A DNA stretch of 64,000 bases from Nitrospirota bacterium (GCA_963796285.1 CAWCKW010000013.1:200409-264408); one strand, 5' to 3'; shown: positions 10,595-28,820, counted from the stretch's first letter. Translations and numbers: made by a program. The notes: generated by a model from the letters alone, not told the origin.

Positions 10595-12688
10595 TTACCT
10601 GGCCTTAACAGCCTCACCCTTTACTTTTGCAATAATCTGCTCTGAAATATTTTTCGGAACCTCTTCATAGTGCGCGAACTGCATGGTATACGTGGCCCTG
10701 CCCTGGGTCTTTGACCGGATATCGGTAGAATAACCGAACATCTCGGACAGCGGCACCTGCGCCGTGATCACCCTTCCCGCACCCCTCATGTTCATTCCCT
10801 GCACGCGGCCGCGACGGGAACTGAGGTCGCCGATGATGTCTCCCATATACTCTTCGGCGCAGACGACCTCAACTGCCATGATCGGCTCGAGTAACGCTGG
10901 AGAAGCCTTGTTTGCGCCTTCCTTAAAGGCCATGGAACCGGCGATCTTAAATGCCATTTCCGATGAGTCCACATCATGATAGGAACCGTCAATGAGTGTA
11001 ATCTTGATGTCAACCATGGGATAGCCGGCGATTACACCATTCTCCATTGCCTCTACGATGCCCTTCTGTATCGGCATGACGTATTCCTTGGGAACCGAGC
11101 CACCAACGGTCTTATTCACAAATTCAAAGCCTTTACCCGGCTCCTGCGGCTCAAGTTCGAGCACCGCATGTCCATATTGGCCGCGGCCGCCGGTTTGGCG
11201 TATATACTTTCCTTCCGCTGTTACCTTCTTACGGATCGTTTCACGATACGCCACTTGGGGCTTGCCCACATTCGCGTCTACTTTGAACTCACGTAAGAGA
11301 CGGTCGACGATGATTTCCAGATGAAGTTCTCCCATACCCGAGATGATGACCTGTCCGGTCTCCTGATCAGTCATCACGCGGAACGACGGGTCTTCCTGCA
11401 TGAGTTTCTGGAGCGAGAAACCTAACTTTTCTTGGTCAGCCTTGGTCTTGGGCTCGATGGCCACGGAAATCACCGGCTCCGGGAAGATCATGGCTTCCAG
11501 GACAACAGGTTTGTTTTCATCGCAGAGGGTATGCCCGGTGAGCGTGCTCTTGAGACCCACAGCCGCGCAGATATCACCGGAATAGATCTGCTCGATCTCT
11601 TCTCGTTTGTTCGCGTGCATTTTGAGCAGTCTGCCGACCCGCTCCCTGGTACCCTTGGTAGAGTTGTAAACATACGATCCGGATGTCAGCGTGCCGGAAT
11701 AGACCCGGATGAATGTAAGCTGACCTACAAAAGGATCAGTCATGATCTTGAATGCTATGCCCGCAAAGGGTTCGCTATCAGAGGCAGTGCGAACCACTTC
11801 CTCACCCTTGGGTCCAATACCTTTGACCGGAGGGATGTCAAGCGGCGAGGGGAGGTAGTCCACTACCGCATCAAGCAAGAGCTGCACACCTTTATTCTTG
11901 AACGCCGAACCGCAAATGACCGGGAAGATGCTCATGGCAATCGTTCCTTTGCGAATTGCGGCCATGATCTCAGCATCCGTCGGCTTTTCTCCGTTCAGGA
12001 ACTTTTCCATCACGATGTCGTCGGCGTCGGCGATCTTCTCAATCATTTTTTCCCGGTATTCCTGTGCCTTAGGCAGGAGGTCTGCCGGGATATCTTCCAC
12101 AATATATTTTGCGCCAAGCGTCTCGTCGTCGAACAATACAGCCTTCATTTTTACCAGGTCAATGCAGCCGCGGAACTTGTCTTCAGCGCCGATGGGAAGC
12201 TGGATGGGCACTGCATTCGCGCCAAGCCGGTCGAACATTGACTGGACGCTCATGTAGAAGTCCGCACCGATGCGATCCATCTTGTTCATGAAAGCGATGC
12301 GCGGAACTTGATATTTGTCTGCCTGGCGCCACACCGTCTCGGACTGAGGTTCAACGCCGCTCACCGAGTCAAATGCTGCCACCGCACCATCAAGCACGCG
12401 GAGCGATCGCTCCACTTCAATAGTAAAGTCCACGTGGCCGGGAGTATCGATAATGTTGATGCGTTTGTCCCGCCAGAAGCAGGTCGTTGCAGCTGAGGTG
12501 ATTGTAATGCCGCGCTCCTGCTCCTGAACCATCCAGTCCATGACCGCGGTACCATCGTGCACTTCGCCGATCTTATAGGAAACCCCGGTATAGTAAAGGA
12601 TGCGCTCGGTCGTCGTCGTCTTACCTGCGTCGATGTGAGCCATAATACCGATGTTACGCGTGTTTTCGAGTGAATACTGCCTGGCCAA
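10595..12688 (-). CDS. fusA: Elongation factor G
   Basis: 697 aa, ...[25 protein letters not shown]...[13 protein letters not shown].... Confidence 0.97.
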   Translation of the reverse strand: MARQYSLENTRNIGIMAHIDAGKTTTTERILYYTGVSYKIGEVHDGTAVMDWMVQEQERGITITSAATTCFWRDKRINIIDTPGHVDFTIEVERSLRVLDGAVAAFDSVSGVEPQSETVWRQADKYQVPRIAFMNKMDRIGADFYMSVQSMFDRLGANAVPIQLPIGAEDKFRGCIDLVKMKAVLFDDETLGAKYIVEDIPADLLPKAQEYREKMIEKIADADDIVMEKFLNGEKPTDAEIMAAIRKGTIAMSIFPVICGSAFKNKGVQLLLDAVVDYLPSPLDIPPVKGIGPKGEEVVRTASDSEPFAGIAFKIMTDPFVGQLTFIRVYSGTLTSGSYVYNSTKGTRERVGRLLKMHANKREEIEQIYSGDICAAVGLKSTLTGHTLCDENKPVVLEAMIFPEPVISVAIEPKTKADQEKLGFSLQKLMQEDPSFRVMTDQETGQVIISGMGELHLEIIVDRLLREFKVDANVGKPQVAYRETIRKKVTAEGKYIRQTGGRGQYGHAVLELEPQEPGKGFEFVNKTVGGSVPKEYVMPIQKGIVEAMENGVIAGYPMVDIKITLIDGSYHDVDSSEMAFKIAGSMAFKEGANKASPALLEPIMAVEVVCAEEYMGDIIGDLSSRRGRVQGMNMRGAGRVITAQVPLSEMFGYSTDIRSKTQGRATYTMQFAHYEEVPKNISEQIIAKVKGEAVKAR

Positions 12689-12716
12689 AACTTCCTCCGC
12701 TTCTCAATAAAAAAAC

Positions 12717-13187
12717 TTACCAGCGATAATGGGCGAACGCCTTGTTGGCATCTGCCATACGATGGATGTCTTCCTTCTTCTTTACTGCCGCGCCGGTATT
12801 GTTAGATGCATCGAGAATCTCTCCAGCCAGCTTGTCTACCATGGATTTTTCCGGCCGCTGAGACGCGTAGAGCCTGAGCCAGCGATAAGCGAGCGACATC
12901 CTGCGCGGCTGTTTCACTTCGATCGGCACCTGGTACGAGGCTCCACCTACCCGGCGCGACTTTACCTCCAGAGTAGGTTTTAAATTTTCTATTGCCTTCT
13001 TAAAAATTGCAATCGGATCGCCGTTGGTCTTCTGCTGAATTCGGTCTAGCGCCTTGTAGCAAATAGCTTCTGCTGTGCTTTTCTTGCCCTTGCGCATGAG
13101 CACGTTCACGAACTTCGCCAGCATCTGGCTGTGATATTTTGGATCGGGCAATGATTCTCTTTTTACAACAACACTTTTTCTCGGCAT
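12717..13187 (-). CDS. rpsG: 30S ribosomal protein S7
   Basis: 156 aa, [18 protein letters not shown]...; C-terminus ...NKAFAHYRW. Confidence 0.95.
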   Translation of the reverse strand: MPRKSVVVKRESLPDPKYHSQMLAKFVNVLMRKGKKSTAEAICYKALDRIQQKTNGDPIAIFKKAIENLKPTLEVKSRRVGGASYQVPIEVKQPRRMSLAYRWLRLYASQRPEKSMVDKLAGEILDASNNTGAAVKKKEDIHRMADANKAFAHYRW

Positions 13188-13251
13188 ATTATGTTGTTCC
13201 TTCTCTTACGCATTTGGCGCCCTTCTGCGCGCCCATTGAACTATCCATCTG

Positions 13252-13623
13252 TTATTTGGGCTGCTTGGCCCCATACTTGGAACGGCCCTGCTTACGATTT
13301 GCGACCCCAACAGTGTCCAGTGTGCCTCTCACGATGTGATAGCGCACGCCCGGGAGATCCTTCACTCTTCCGCCGCGGATGAGCACGATGGAGTGTTCCT
13401 GCAGGTTATGTCCTACTCCAGGAATGTAAGTGGTCACTTCCATCCCGTTCGTAAGCCTGACCCTCGCGACCTTCCGGAGAGCCGAGTTCGGCTTCTTCGG
13501 GGTCGTGGTATACACCCTGATGCAAACACCCCTCTTCTGAGGGCAGCTCCTAAGAGCGGGACTCTTGGTCTTTGTGGCAGCTAGTGTTCTGCCATTTCTC
13601 ACAAGTTGACTAATGGTAGGCAC
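13252..13623 (-). CDS. rpsL: 30S ribosomal protein S12
   Basis: 123 aa, [12 protein letters not shown]...[20 protein letters not shown].... Confidence 0.97.
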   Translation of the reverse strand: MPTISQLVRNGRTLAATKTKSPALRSCPQKRGVCIRVYTTTPKKPNSALRKVARVRLTNGMEVTTYIPGVGHNLQEHSIVLIRGGRVKDLPGVRYHIVRGTLDTVGVANRKQGRSKYGAKQPK

Positions 13624-13687
13624 AAGAATTACTCCTTAAAATCACGGGGATAGCATGTTTTTAAAAACATTGAGTCAAAACCTGATG

Positions 13688-13716
13688 ATTATACTGACAC
13701 TTGACCATATTGTCAA
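13688..13716 (-). promoter_or_regulatory. Consensus sigma70-type promoter for the rpsL-rpsG-fusA-tuf transcription unit
   Basis: The reverse strand reads TTGACA (13716-13711), a 17-nt spacer, then TATAAT (13693-13688). This lies about 65 nt upstream of the rpsL ATG, with an A/T-rich tract just upstream of the -35. Confidence 0.6.
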
Positions 13717-13829
13717 GGGTTTTTTTAACTGCAGCATTTTAAGTTTACCTGCATGCTCGATAATGCTGAAAAATGCTGTCCGCCTCAAACTCCGCCGTCA
13801 ACATCCTGTCTTAAAAATCCAAGTCAGCC

Positions 13830-17963
<4,134 letters not shown>

Positions 17964-18105
17964 AGTGGGCCTCCCTTAAAAACAAACTACAAATCCAAAG
18001 CATCAAATCCTAGATAAATCCAAAACTTTATCAATCAAAATTCAAAACGTTTTATCCATTTTAAAAAATGATGGTATTTAGAATTTCGGATTTAGAACGT
18101 CCGCA

Positions 18106-22098
<3,993 letters not shown>

Positions 22099-22239
22099 TA
22101 TCGCACCCCTCTTGCAGCATTAAAATGCAAAATAAAAAATGCAACCGGTAAAAAACGCTGAATCCAAATGCAACCATTTCCATTGTTCACTTTGCACTTC
22201 ATTTTAACTTAGATTTCTGCCGTCTCCGCAAGCCCTATC

Positions 22240-22290
22240 CAAAAACGCAAAAAGTCCTTTGCCCTCCGGACCGATGCCGGAGGGCAAGGA
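22240..22290 (-). terminator. Hairpin plus T-run between rplL and rpoB (attenuator/terminator)
   Basis: The reverse strand reads TCCTTGCCCTCCGG-CATCGG-TCCGGAGGGCAAAGGA followed by CTTTTTGCGTTTTT, directly after the rplL stop. Confidence 0.6.
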
Positions 22291-22316
22291 CTTGGCTAAT
22301 GAAGCTAGTTTGTATC

Positions 22317-22685
22317 TTACTTTACCTCGACGGTCGCCCCTGCTTCGGTGAGCTTCTTCTTCATAGTCTCTGCCTCTTCCTTGGCGACTCCGGTCTTCAC
22401 CGGCTTGGGCGCACCTTCCACCAGATCCTTTGCTTCCTTGAGGCCGAGTCCCGTAAGTTCGCGCACGACCTTGATCACGTTGATCTTCTGCGCACCAGCA
22501 CCGGCAAGGATCACGTCAAATGCCGTCTTCTCTTCCGCAGCTGCAGCGGGCGCTCCTGCTGCCGCCGCTGCTACGGGCGCTGCTGCTGATACTCCCCATT
22601 TCTCCTCCAGCATCTTGCTTAACTCCGCTGCTTCAAGAACGGTCAAGCCGCTCAACTCATCAACCAATTTTGCTAAATCCGCCAT
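22317..22685 (-). CDS. rplL: 50S ribosomal protein L7/L12
   Basis: 122 aa with an Ala-rich hinge and ...[28 protein letters not shown].... Confidence 0.95.
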   Translation of the reverse strand: MADLAKLVDELSGLTVLEAAELSKMLEEKWGVSAAAPVAAAAAGAPAAAAEEKTAFDVILAGAGAQKINVIKVVRELTGLGLKEAKDLVEGAPKPVKTGVAKEEAETMKKKLTEAGATVEVK

Positions 22686-22758
22686 GTTTCAATATCCTCC
22701 TGATAGTGTATGAACTTTTTTAAATTCGCCCCCCTAACGGGGTGCGTTTTAATGCCTG

Positions 22759-23272
22759 TTAACCCTTGTCTGCCTTTGCCTTCATGACCCTGGCAAGCTG
22801 GCCCGCCGGGGCTACTAATATACGGGCGATCTTTGATGCGGGCGCCTGGAGAAGACCTGCGAGCTTCCCACGGAGCGCGTTGAGAGACGGCAAGGATGCC
22901 AACGCCTTGATATCCGCCTGCTTGAGCAGTTTACCGTCCAGCACACCTACTTTGAGTTCAAGCTTTGACTGTAGTTTATTGAAATCGAAGAGCACCTTGG
23001 CTGGGGCCACGACATCATCAAATCCAAGCGCAATCCCTACGGGACCGACAAAATAGTCTTTGAGCGGTTCAAGACTGGTGCCTTCCACTGCTTTCTTGGC
23101 CAAGCGTGTTTTTTACGACCCGGTATTCTACCTTTGATGTTCGCAGCTTCGCACGAAGGTCCGTGATCTGCTCTACGTTAATTCCGGTGTACCCGGTGAT
23201 GATGGCGGTCTTGGCACGAGCAAACTTCTCATGCAACTCGTCAATTGCTTCCTTTTTTTCCTGCTTATTCAC
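22759..23272 (-). CDS. rplJ: 50S ribosomal protein L10, reading frame broken by one extra base near 23100
   Basis: A GTG start at 23272 is preceded by AAGGAGGA. The N-part is VNKQEKKEAIDELHEKFARAKTAIITGYTGINVEQITDLRAKLR...VVKNT. The C-part, LAKKAVEGTSLEPLKDYFVGPVGIALG..., is in the +1 frame. The total of 514 nt is 1 mod 3. Confidence 0.85.
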
Positions 23273-23562
23273 ACGATCCTCCTTTCTTTCAAGAATTCCC
23301 GATGACCAGCCCAGGATTCTCAAAAGAAAGTGATGGGATCCAACACATTCTTTTTACCCGGGTCTCGGCAGGCCCCAGTACGGGATTAAGCCAAAGGGGA
23401 TGTGTATCAAATCCCTTTCGGTACCTGCTGTCTCGGACCGCACCCCTCTTTTTCAGGGGCCGACCTTTATCCTATTACGATGCAAAATGAAAATTTTAAA
23501 TCGCAAAGTGCAAAATTGAAACCGTTATCGCATCCATTTTGCATTTTGCCTTATTTTTTCTT

Positions 23563-24265
23563 TTACCCTGCTATCTTCTCGATCGCAGCCGTATCCATTT
23601 TAATGCCGGGGCCCATAGTAGTAGAAATAGTCACGTTCTTAAGATACTTTCCCTTACTCGAGGCAGGCTTTGCCTTCAAGATGGACTCAAGCACCGCTTT
23701 AGCATTGTCCGTCAGTTTGCTCTCGTCAAACGATGCTTTGCCCACCGGTACATGCACAATACCCGCCTTCTCCACACGATACTCCACCTTACCAGCTCTG
23801 ATATCTTTAATGGCCCTTGCCACGTCGAAAGTGACCGTGCCGGTCTTGGGATTCGGCATCAAACCGCGGGGCCCGAGTACCTTACCGAGCCTGCCAACGA
23901 GGCCCATGATATCCGGCGTCGCCACGACCGTATCGAAATCGGTCCAGCCTTCTTTTTGTATTTTCTCAGCGAGGTCCTCGGAACCTACATAAGTCAGCTC
24001 CAGCGTCCCTCGCCTCTTTTTCCTTCTCACCCTTGGCGAAGACAAGGATCTTAACCTTTTTCCCGGTTCCGTGAGGGAGGACAACCGTTCCCCGGACCAT
24101 CTGGTCGGCCTGCTTGGGGTCCACTCCGAGGTTCACTGACAGATCAACGGTCTCATCGAACTTGGTCCTCGCTGTTTTCTTGGCAAGCCCGACTGCCTCT
24201 TCGAGACCATATGACTTTGTCCTGTCCACCAGTGCTGCAACTGCTTTGAATTTCTTCCCTGCCAT
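23563..24265 (-). CDS. rplA: 50S ribosomal protein L1, reading frame broken by one extra base near 23991
   Basis: The N-part ...[35 protein letters not shown] is in one frame. The C-part [30 protein letters not shown]... is in the next. The total of 703 nt is 1 mod 3. Confidence 0.85.
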
Positions 24266-24367
24266 GGTTCCTCCTCGCGGTAATAGCGGCCGTTGTCGGC
24301 CTCCCGCAATAAAATCAATTTCGAAACACGAATTTAGGATTTAGCGCCTAGAAGTTCAAGTTGGTCG

Positions 24368-24793
24368 TTAATCTACTACATCCAGCCCCATGCTCTTCGC
24401 CGAGCCCTCGATCATGCGCATGGCTGATTCTACGCTTGCCGCATTGAGGTCGGGCATCTTCGTCTGCGCAATCTCCTTTATCTGGGCGCGGGTCACCTTA
24501 CCGATCTTGTCCTTGTTCGGTACACCGGAACCCTTGACGATACCGGCGGCCTTCTTGAGCAGTTCCGCTGCCGGAGGAGTCTTGGTGATAAAGGTGAAGG
24601 ACCTGTCGGAATAGACCGTGATGATAACTGGGACGATAGTATCGCCTAGCTTTTGGGTCTTGGCGTTAAACTGCTTGCAGAACTCCATGATGTTCACGCC
24701 ATGCTGACCGAGCGCGGGACCTACGGGCGGTGCCGGATTGGCCTTTCCTGCTGGAACCTGAAGCTTTATTTTTCCTGTAATCTCTTTTGCCAT
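24368..24793 (-). CDS. rplK: 50S ribosomal protein L11
   Basis: 141 aa, ...[35 protein letters not shown].... Confidence 0.95.
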   Translation of the reverse strand: MAKEITGKIKLQVPAGKANPAPPVGPALGQHGVNIMEFCKQFNAKTQKLGDTIVPVIITVYSDRSFTFITKTPPAAELLKKAAGIVKGSGVPNKDKIGKVTRAQIKEIAQTKMPDLNAASVESAMRMIEGSAKSMGLDVVD

Positions 24794-24854
24794 TGATAAC
24801 TCCCACCTTAAATTTTAACTTTTGATCCTGACTCTAAAAATGTCAACCTTGAAT

Positions 24855-25397
24855 TTATTTTTCTTTCTCCCGCTCAACCTGAAGAAATTCCAGTTCCACC
24901 GGCGTCGAACGACCGAATATGCTCACCATCACTCGAAGCCGTCCGTGAGCAGGGTTCACGTCTTCCACCGTGCCGATGAAGCTGCTGAACGGCCCATCGA
25001 TCACCCTGACCCGATCGCCCTTCTGATACGCATGCTTGGGTTGGGTCTGGGCAACGGCGCCCTCTTCCGCCTGTTTGAGGATGGCCTTCACCTCTTCATC
25101 GGAGAGCGGCGTCGGGTTCGTGCTTCCTCCGACAAAGCCTGTAACCTTGGGCGTATCTTTCACAATATGCCACGTATTGTCGTCCATCTCCATCTCGACG
25201 AGAATGTAGCCGGGGAAAAACTTCCGCTGCGACTTGCGCTTCTTCCCCCCTTTAATGGAAAGGACCTCTTCGGTCGGGACCAGAATCTGTCCTATTTTTT
25301 CCTGCAACGAAAGTTTAGAGACGGTCTCAAGGATGCTGGCCTTTACTTTGTTCTCAAAACCCGCATACGTATGGATCACATACCAGTTCATGGGCAT
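24855..25397 (-). CDS. nusG: Transcription termination/antitermination factor NusG
   Basis: 180 aa, ...WYVIHTYAGFENKVK... with the C-terminal KOW region DRVRVIDGPFSSFIGTVEDV. Confidence 0.93.
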   Translation of the reverse strand: MPMNWYVIHTYAGFENKVKASILETVSKLSLQEKIGQILVPTEEVLSIKGGKKRKSQRKFFPGYILVEMEMDDNTWHIVKDTPKVTGFVGGSTNPTPLSDEEVKAILKQAEEGAVAQTQPKHAYQKGDRVRVIDGPFSSFIGTVEDVNPAHGRLRVMVSIFGRSTPVELEFLQVEREKEK

Positions 25398-25405
25398 AAT
25401 TGTCC

Positions 25406-25591
25406 TTACTTAAAGGCAAGGGTCATCAATCTCCCCAACCCTAAATCTACCAAACCGAGAAAAAAGGCGGCGATGAGCACGGTAGTGATCACCACCCAGG
25501 TAGAACCTATGACCTCCTTTTTTGTCGGAAACACAACCTTTTTGAGTTCCAGCTTTACTTCTTCGAAGAATTCCGCGATCTTTTTGAACAT
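25406..25591 (-). CDS. secE: Preprotein translocase subunit SecE
   Basis: 61 aa with a single TM segment, ...ELKKVVFPTKKEVIGSTWVVITTVLIAAFFLGLVD.... It sits between tRNA-Trp and nusG. Confidence 0.85.
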   Translation of the reverse strand: MFKKIAEFFEEVKLELKKVVFPTKKEVIGSTWVVITTVLIAAFFLGLVDLGLGRLMTLAFK

Positions 25592-25621
25592 GAGAAAGGC
25601 CTCTTTCTACACAGGAGAATA

Positions 25622-25697
25622 TGGCAGGCCAGGAGGGACTCGAACCCCCAGCAGCCGGATTTGGAGTCCGGAGCTCTACCATTAGAGCTACTGGCCT
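25622..25697 (-). tRNA. tRNA-Trp (anticodon CCA)
   Basis: The reverse strand AGGCCAGTAGCTC...GGACTCCAAATCC...GGTTCGAGTCCCTCCTGGCCTGCCA folds as a cloverleaf. The anticodon loop is CTCCAAA and the 3' CCA is encoded. Confidence 0.9.
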
Positions 25698-25731
25698 GTG
25701 TTCTATTCAGCAGCATCCGGATGTATCTCGA

Positions 25732-25884
25732 TTATGCTTTGGTTTCCTTATGCGTCGTGTGCTTGCGGCAGAATCGGCAATACTTGTCCAAGTTCAGCTT
25801 GTCAGGAGTATTCCTCTTGTTTTTGGTCGTTGAATAGTTTTTCCGCTTGCACTCACCGCAAGCAAGTAATACGATTTCACGCAT
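25732..25884 (-). CDS. rpmG: 50S ribosomal protein L33 (zinc-ribbon form)
   Basis: 50 aa, so below the ORF-track cutoff. I translated it by hand as [50 protein letters not shown]. The position between tuf and tRNA-Trp is classical. Confidence 0.88.
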   Translation of the reverse strand: MREIVLLACGECKRKNYSTTKNKRNTPDKLNLDKYCRFCRKHTTHKETKA

Positions 25885-25973
25885 GTCAATTGCCTCACCC
25901 TTCTCGATTTCAGATTTCAGCTCGTTGATCGCGAATCATTCATTCCGCGATCCGCAGGCTTCAATGTTTTTAT

Positions 25974-27173
25974 TTACTCGATCACTTCGGTAATAACGCC
26001 TGCGCCCACGGTCCTGCCGCCTTCGCGGATGGCAAAACGCAGGCCCTTGTCCATGGCGATCGGCCCGATAAGCTCTACCGAGCAGGTCATGTTGTCGCCC
26101 GGCATCACCATCTCGACGCCTTCAGCGAGCGTCACCACGCCCGTCACGTCCGTGGTCCGGAAATAGAACTGGGGACGGTACCCCTTGAAGAACGGGGTGT
26201 GGCGGCCGCCTTCTTCCTTCGTGAGAACATAAGCCTCGGCCTTGAATTTGGTGTGCGGCGTGATGCTTCCCGGCTTTGCCAGGACCATGCCGCGCTCCAC
26301 GTCTTCCTTCTTGATGCCGCGGAGCAGGACGCCGACGTTGTCTCCGGCTTCGCCCTGGTCCAGAAGCTTTCGAAACATCTCGACGCCCGTCACCACGGTC
26401 TTCTGCGTGGGCTTGATGCCCACGATCTCAATTTCATCGCCTACCTTAACAATGCCGCGCTCGATCCTGCCCGTGACCACCGTTCCGCGACCGGCGATGG
26501 AGAACACGTCTTCCACCGGCATAAGATAAGGCTTGTCTATTTCGCGCTTGGGCTGGGGAATATAGCTGTCAACGGCTGCCATAAGCTCCAAGATGCTCTT
26601 GTACTCAGGCGCATTGACGTCCTTGCTCTCGCTCTGGAGGGCCTTTAACGCACTCCCCTTCACGATCGGGGTCTTGTCCCCGGGGAACTGGTATTTGGTC
26701 AACAGCTCACGGATCTCGAGTTCCACGAGCTCGATGAGCTCGGGGTCATCCACCATGTCCACCTTGTTCATGTATACCACGATATAGGGCACACCGACCT
26801 GACGGGCAAGCAGGATGTGTTCACGGGTCTGGGGCATGGGGCCGTCTGCGGCGGAGACCACGAGGATAGCTCCGTCCATCTGGGCGGCTCCCGTGATCAT
26901 GTTCTTTACGTAGTCGGCATGGCCTGGGCAGTCGACATGGGCATAATGACGGTTGTCCGTCTGGTATTCCACGTGCGCCGTGGCAATCGTGATGCCGCGT
27001 TCCCGTTCTTCCGGGGCCTTGTCGATGTTATCGTAGGAAACAAAGGTTGCGAAGTTCTTGAACGACAACACCTTCGTTATGGCCGCTGTCAACGTCGTCT
27101 TGCCGTGGTCCACATGGCCGATGGTGCCCACGTTCACATGAGGTTTTGTCCTCTCAAATTTTGCCTTTGCCAT
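25974..27173 (-). CDS. tuf: Elongation factor Tu (copy 2, tRNA-operon copy)
   Basis: The 399-aa protein is identical to copy 1. I saw only two synonymous nucleotide differences (26232 vs 9599; 26373 vs 9740). Confidence 0.97.
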   Translation of the reverse strand: MAKAKFERTKPHVNVGTIGHVDHGKTTLTAAITKVLSFKNFATFVSYDNIDKAPEERERGITIATAHVEYQTDNRHYAHVDCPGHADYVKNMITGAAQMDGAILVVSAADGPMPQTREHILLARQVGVPYIVVYMNKVDMVDDPELIELVELEIRELLTKYQFPGDKTPIVKGSALKALQSESKDVNAPEYKSILELMAAVDSYIPQPKREIDKPYLMPVEDVFSIAGRGTVVTGRIERGIVKVGDEIEIVGIKPTQKTVVTGVEMFRKLLDQGEAGDNVGVLLRGIKKEDVERGMVLAKPGSITPHTKFKAEAYVLTKEEGGRHTPFFKGYRPQFYFRTTDVTGVVTLAEGVEMVMPGDNMTCSVELIGPIAMDKGLRFAIREGGRTVGAGVITEVIE

Positions 27174-27233
27174 GCATTCCTCCCTGTAAAGGTTAAAGGT
27201 CGATAGGAACTGGTTATACGCACTGCTTTTTTA

Positions 27234-27309
27234 CTGGAGCCCATGAGCGGGATCGAACCGCTGACCTCATCCTTACCAAGGATGTGCTCTGCCAACTGAG
27301 CTACATGGG
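27234..27309 (-). tRNA. tRNA-Thr (anticodon GGT)
   Basis: Reverse strand GCCCATGTAGCTCAGTTGGCAGAGCACATCCTTGGTAAGGATG...GGTTCGATCCCGCTCATGGGCTCCA. Confidence 0.9.
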
Positions 27310-27362
27310 CGACTTAACCTGTTTAAATGGTTAAAAACTGTTCAAGCCACTTGAATGGTTAA

Positions 27363-27439
27363 TGGAGCGGGAAACGGGATTCGAACCCGCGACCCCAAGC
27401 TTGGAAGGCTTGCGCTCTAGCCAGCTGAGCTATTCCCGC
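27363..27439 (-). tRNA. tRNA-Gly (anticodon TCC)
   Basis: Reverse strand GCGGGAATAGCTCAGCTGGCTAGAGCGCAAGCCTTCCAAGCTTG...GGTTCGAATCCCGTTTCCCGCTCCA. Confidence 0.9.
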
Positions 27440-27451
27440 GTTTTATTTCGA

Positions 27452-27495
27452 ATTGCGGATTGCAGATTTCAGATTTTCAATCTGCACTCCGCAAT
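27452..27495. repeat. 16-bp imperfect palindrome in the tRNA-Tyr/tRNA-Gly spacer
   Basis: ATTGCGGATTGCAGAT (27452-27467) pairs with ATCTGCACTCCGCAAT (27480-27495) with one mismatch and a 12-nt loop. It carries the TGCGGATT word that also appears at 47.2 kb. Confidence 0.6.
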
Positions 27496-27517
27496 CATCA
27501 ATCCGCATTTCATGAAG

Positions 27518-27603
27518 TGGTGGGGAGGGGAGGTTTCGAACCTCCGTAGGCTGACGCCGACAGATTTACAGTCTGTTCCCTTTGGCCACTCGGGCACCTC
27601 CCC
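27518..27603 (-). tRNA. tRNA-Tyr (anticodon GTA), long variable arm
   Basis: Reverse strand GGGGAGGTGCCCGAGTGGCCAAAGGGAACAGACTGTAAATCTGTCGGCGTCAGCCTACGGAGGTTCGAAACCTCCCCTCCCCACCA. Confidence 0.9.
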
Positions 27604-27650
27604 GATGGATACAACAAACCCTGATCTAGCATGAACAATAACTGTAAAAG

Positions 27651-27726
27651 TGGAGCCACCGAAGGGAATCGAACCCCCGACAGGCTGATTACAAATCAGC
27701 TACTCTACCAACTGAGTTACGGTGGC
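27651..27726 (-). tRNA. tRNA-Thr (anticodon TGT)
   Basis: Reverse strand GCCACCGTAACTCAGTTGGTAGAGTAGCTGATTTGTAATCAGC...GGTTCGATTCCCTTCGGTGGCTCCA. Confidence 0.9.
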
Positions 27727-27829
27727 AGAACCATACGGACAGACCACGCCCCTGCCTGATTAAAATAAATTCCATATCTTACCGTAAGATAGCGAAAGGA
27801 AGCATGTAATCCCGCGTCAAAGAATTGTA

Positions 27830-27859
27830 ATTATAAGAGATTGTGGATGATCTTGTCAA
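27830..27859 (-). promoter_or_regulatory. Consensus sigma70-type promoter for the Thr-Tyr-Gly-Thr tRNA / tuf operon
   Basis: The reverse strand reads TTGACA (27859-27854), an 18-nt spacer, then TATAAT (27835-27830). This lies about 100 nt upstream of the first tRNA. Confidence 0.55.
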
Positions 27860-27911
27860 GCAAAAAGATTAATACACGTGGTTTTATCAAAATAGCCAAG
27901 TTGTACAGCGC

Positions 27912-28676
27912 TCATGACTTAGAGGAAATACCGCTCTTCTCCCGTCGCTGTCTGAGTACTTCATACAAAAGAGCCCCCGATGCTACAGATACATTCAGTG
28001 AATTGATCCGCCCCATGAGCGGCAGAGACACCAGATAATCGCAATGCTCCCGCACGAGCCGGCGGATGCCTTTGCCTTCCCCGCCAACCACGATTGCGGT
28101 TGGACGAACAAAATCCGCCTCCCAATACACCAGATCACCACCCGCCTCGGCACCAGCAATCCATACGCCACTCTTTTTGAGGTTCTCGAGAGTGTTCACC
28201 ATATTCACAACCTTGACAACTGGCACGTATTCCAAGGCACCGGCTGCTGTTTTGGCAGTGGTCTCCGTAAGGCCCGCCGCCCTTCGTTCGGGGATAATGA
28301 CACCATGTACACCAGCAACTTCGGCTGTTCTGAGGATGGCGCCAAGATTTCTCGGGTCTTCCACACCATCAAGGATCAGGAAGAGCGGTGCTTGCCCCTT
28401 CTGAGCTGGAATCTGCAGCAAATCGTCGAGCGTGGCGTATTTACGAGCAGCAATGACAGCCAGCACACCCTGGTGCAGGGCATTCGGTGCCTCCCGGTTC
28501 AATGCGTCTCGAGTCGTCACCCTGACCTCGATGCCACTCCCCTTGGCCAGCCGGATGATCTCCCGGACCTCCCGGTCCGACTTTCGCTGCTCGGCGATCA
28601 AGACGCGCTGGACCGACCCTCCAGCCCTGAGCGCCTCGATCACAGGGTTGATCCCAAATATTTTATCTCTTTGCAT
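27912..28676 (-). CDS. rlmB: SpoU/TrmH-family 23S rRNA 2'-O-methyltransferase (RlmB-like)
   Basis: 254 aa with an N-terminal L30e-like substrate-binding region (IFGINPVIEALRAG). The SpoU motifs are LDGVEDPRNLGAILRTAEVAGVHGVI and SLNVSVASGALLYE. Confidence 0.8.
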   Translation of the reverse strand: MQRDKIFGINPVIEALRAGGSVQRVLIAEQRKSDREVREIIRLAKGSGIEVRVTTRDALNREAPNALHQGVLAVIAARKYATLDDLLQIPAQKGQAPLFLILDGVEDPRNLGAILRTAEVAGVHGVIIPERRAAGLTETTAKTAAGALEYVPVVKVVNMVNTLENLKKSGVWIAGAEAGGDLVYWEADFVRPTAIVVGGEGKGIRRLVREHCDYLVSLPLMGRINSLNVSVASGALLYEVLRQRREKSGISSKS

Positions 28677-28820
28677 ATGATGGGGGAATCTTTAAATTCA
28701 TATTTACAAACTGAAAATAATACTACGTATTCAATATCACAAACTGCGATTTGGCATTCATGTTTATTATTTGGAATTTATTGGGAAGCTGGCACTTGGG
28801 GTTTAGTGCAGATCAGTGAG

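Noticed and set aside
23090-23110. Programmed ribosomal frameshifting as an explanation for the rplJ break. An A-AAA-AAC heptamer lies just upstream.
   Set aside because: Continuity requires a +1 shift. A -1 slip on A-AAA-AAC enters the third frame and soon meets a stop. The shift site (CTT G) has no stop or rare codon and no upstream SD-like stimulator of the prfB type. The same kind of single-base break occurs in about ten unrelated genes.
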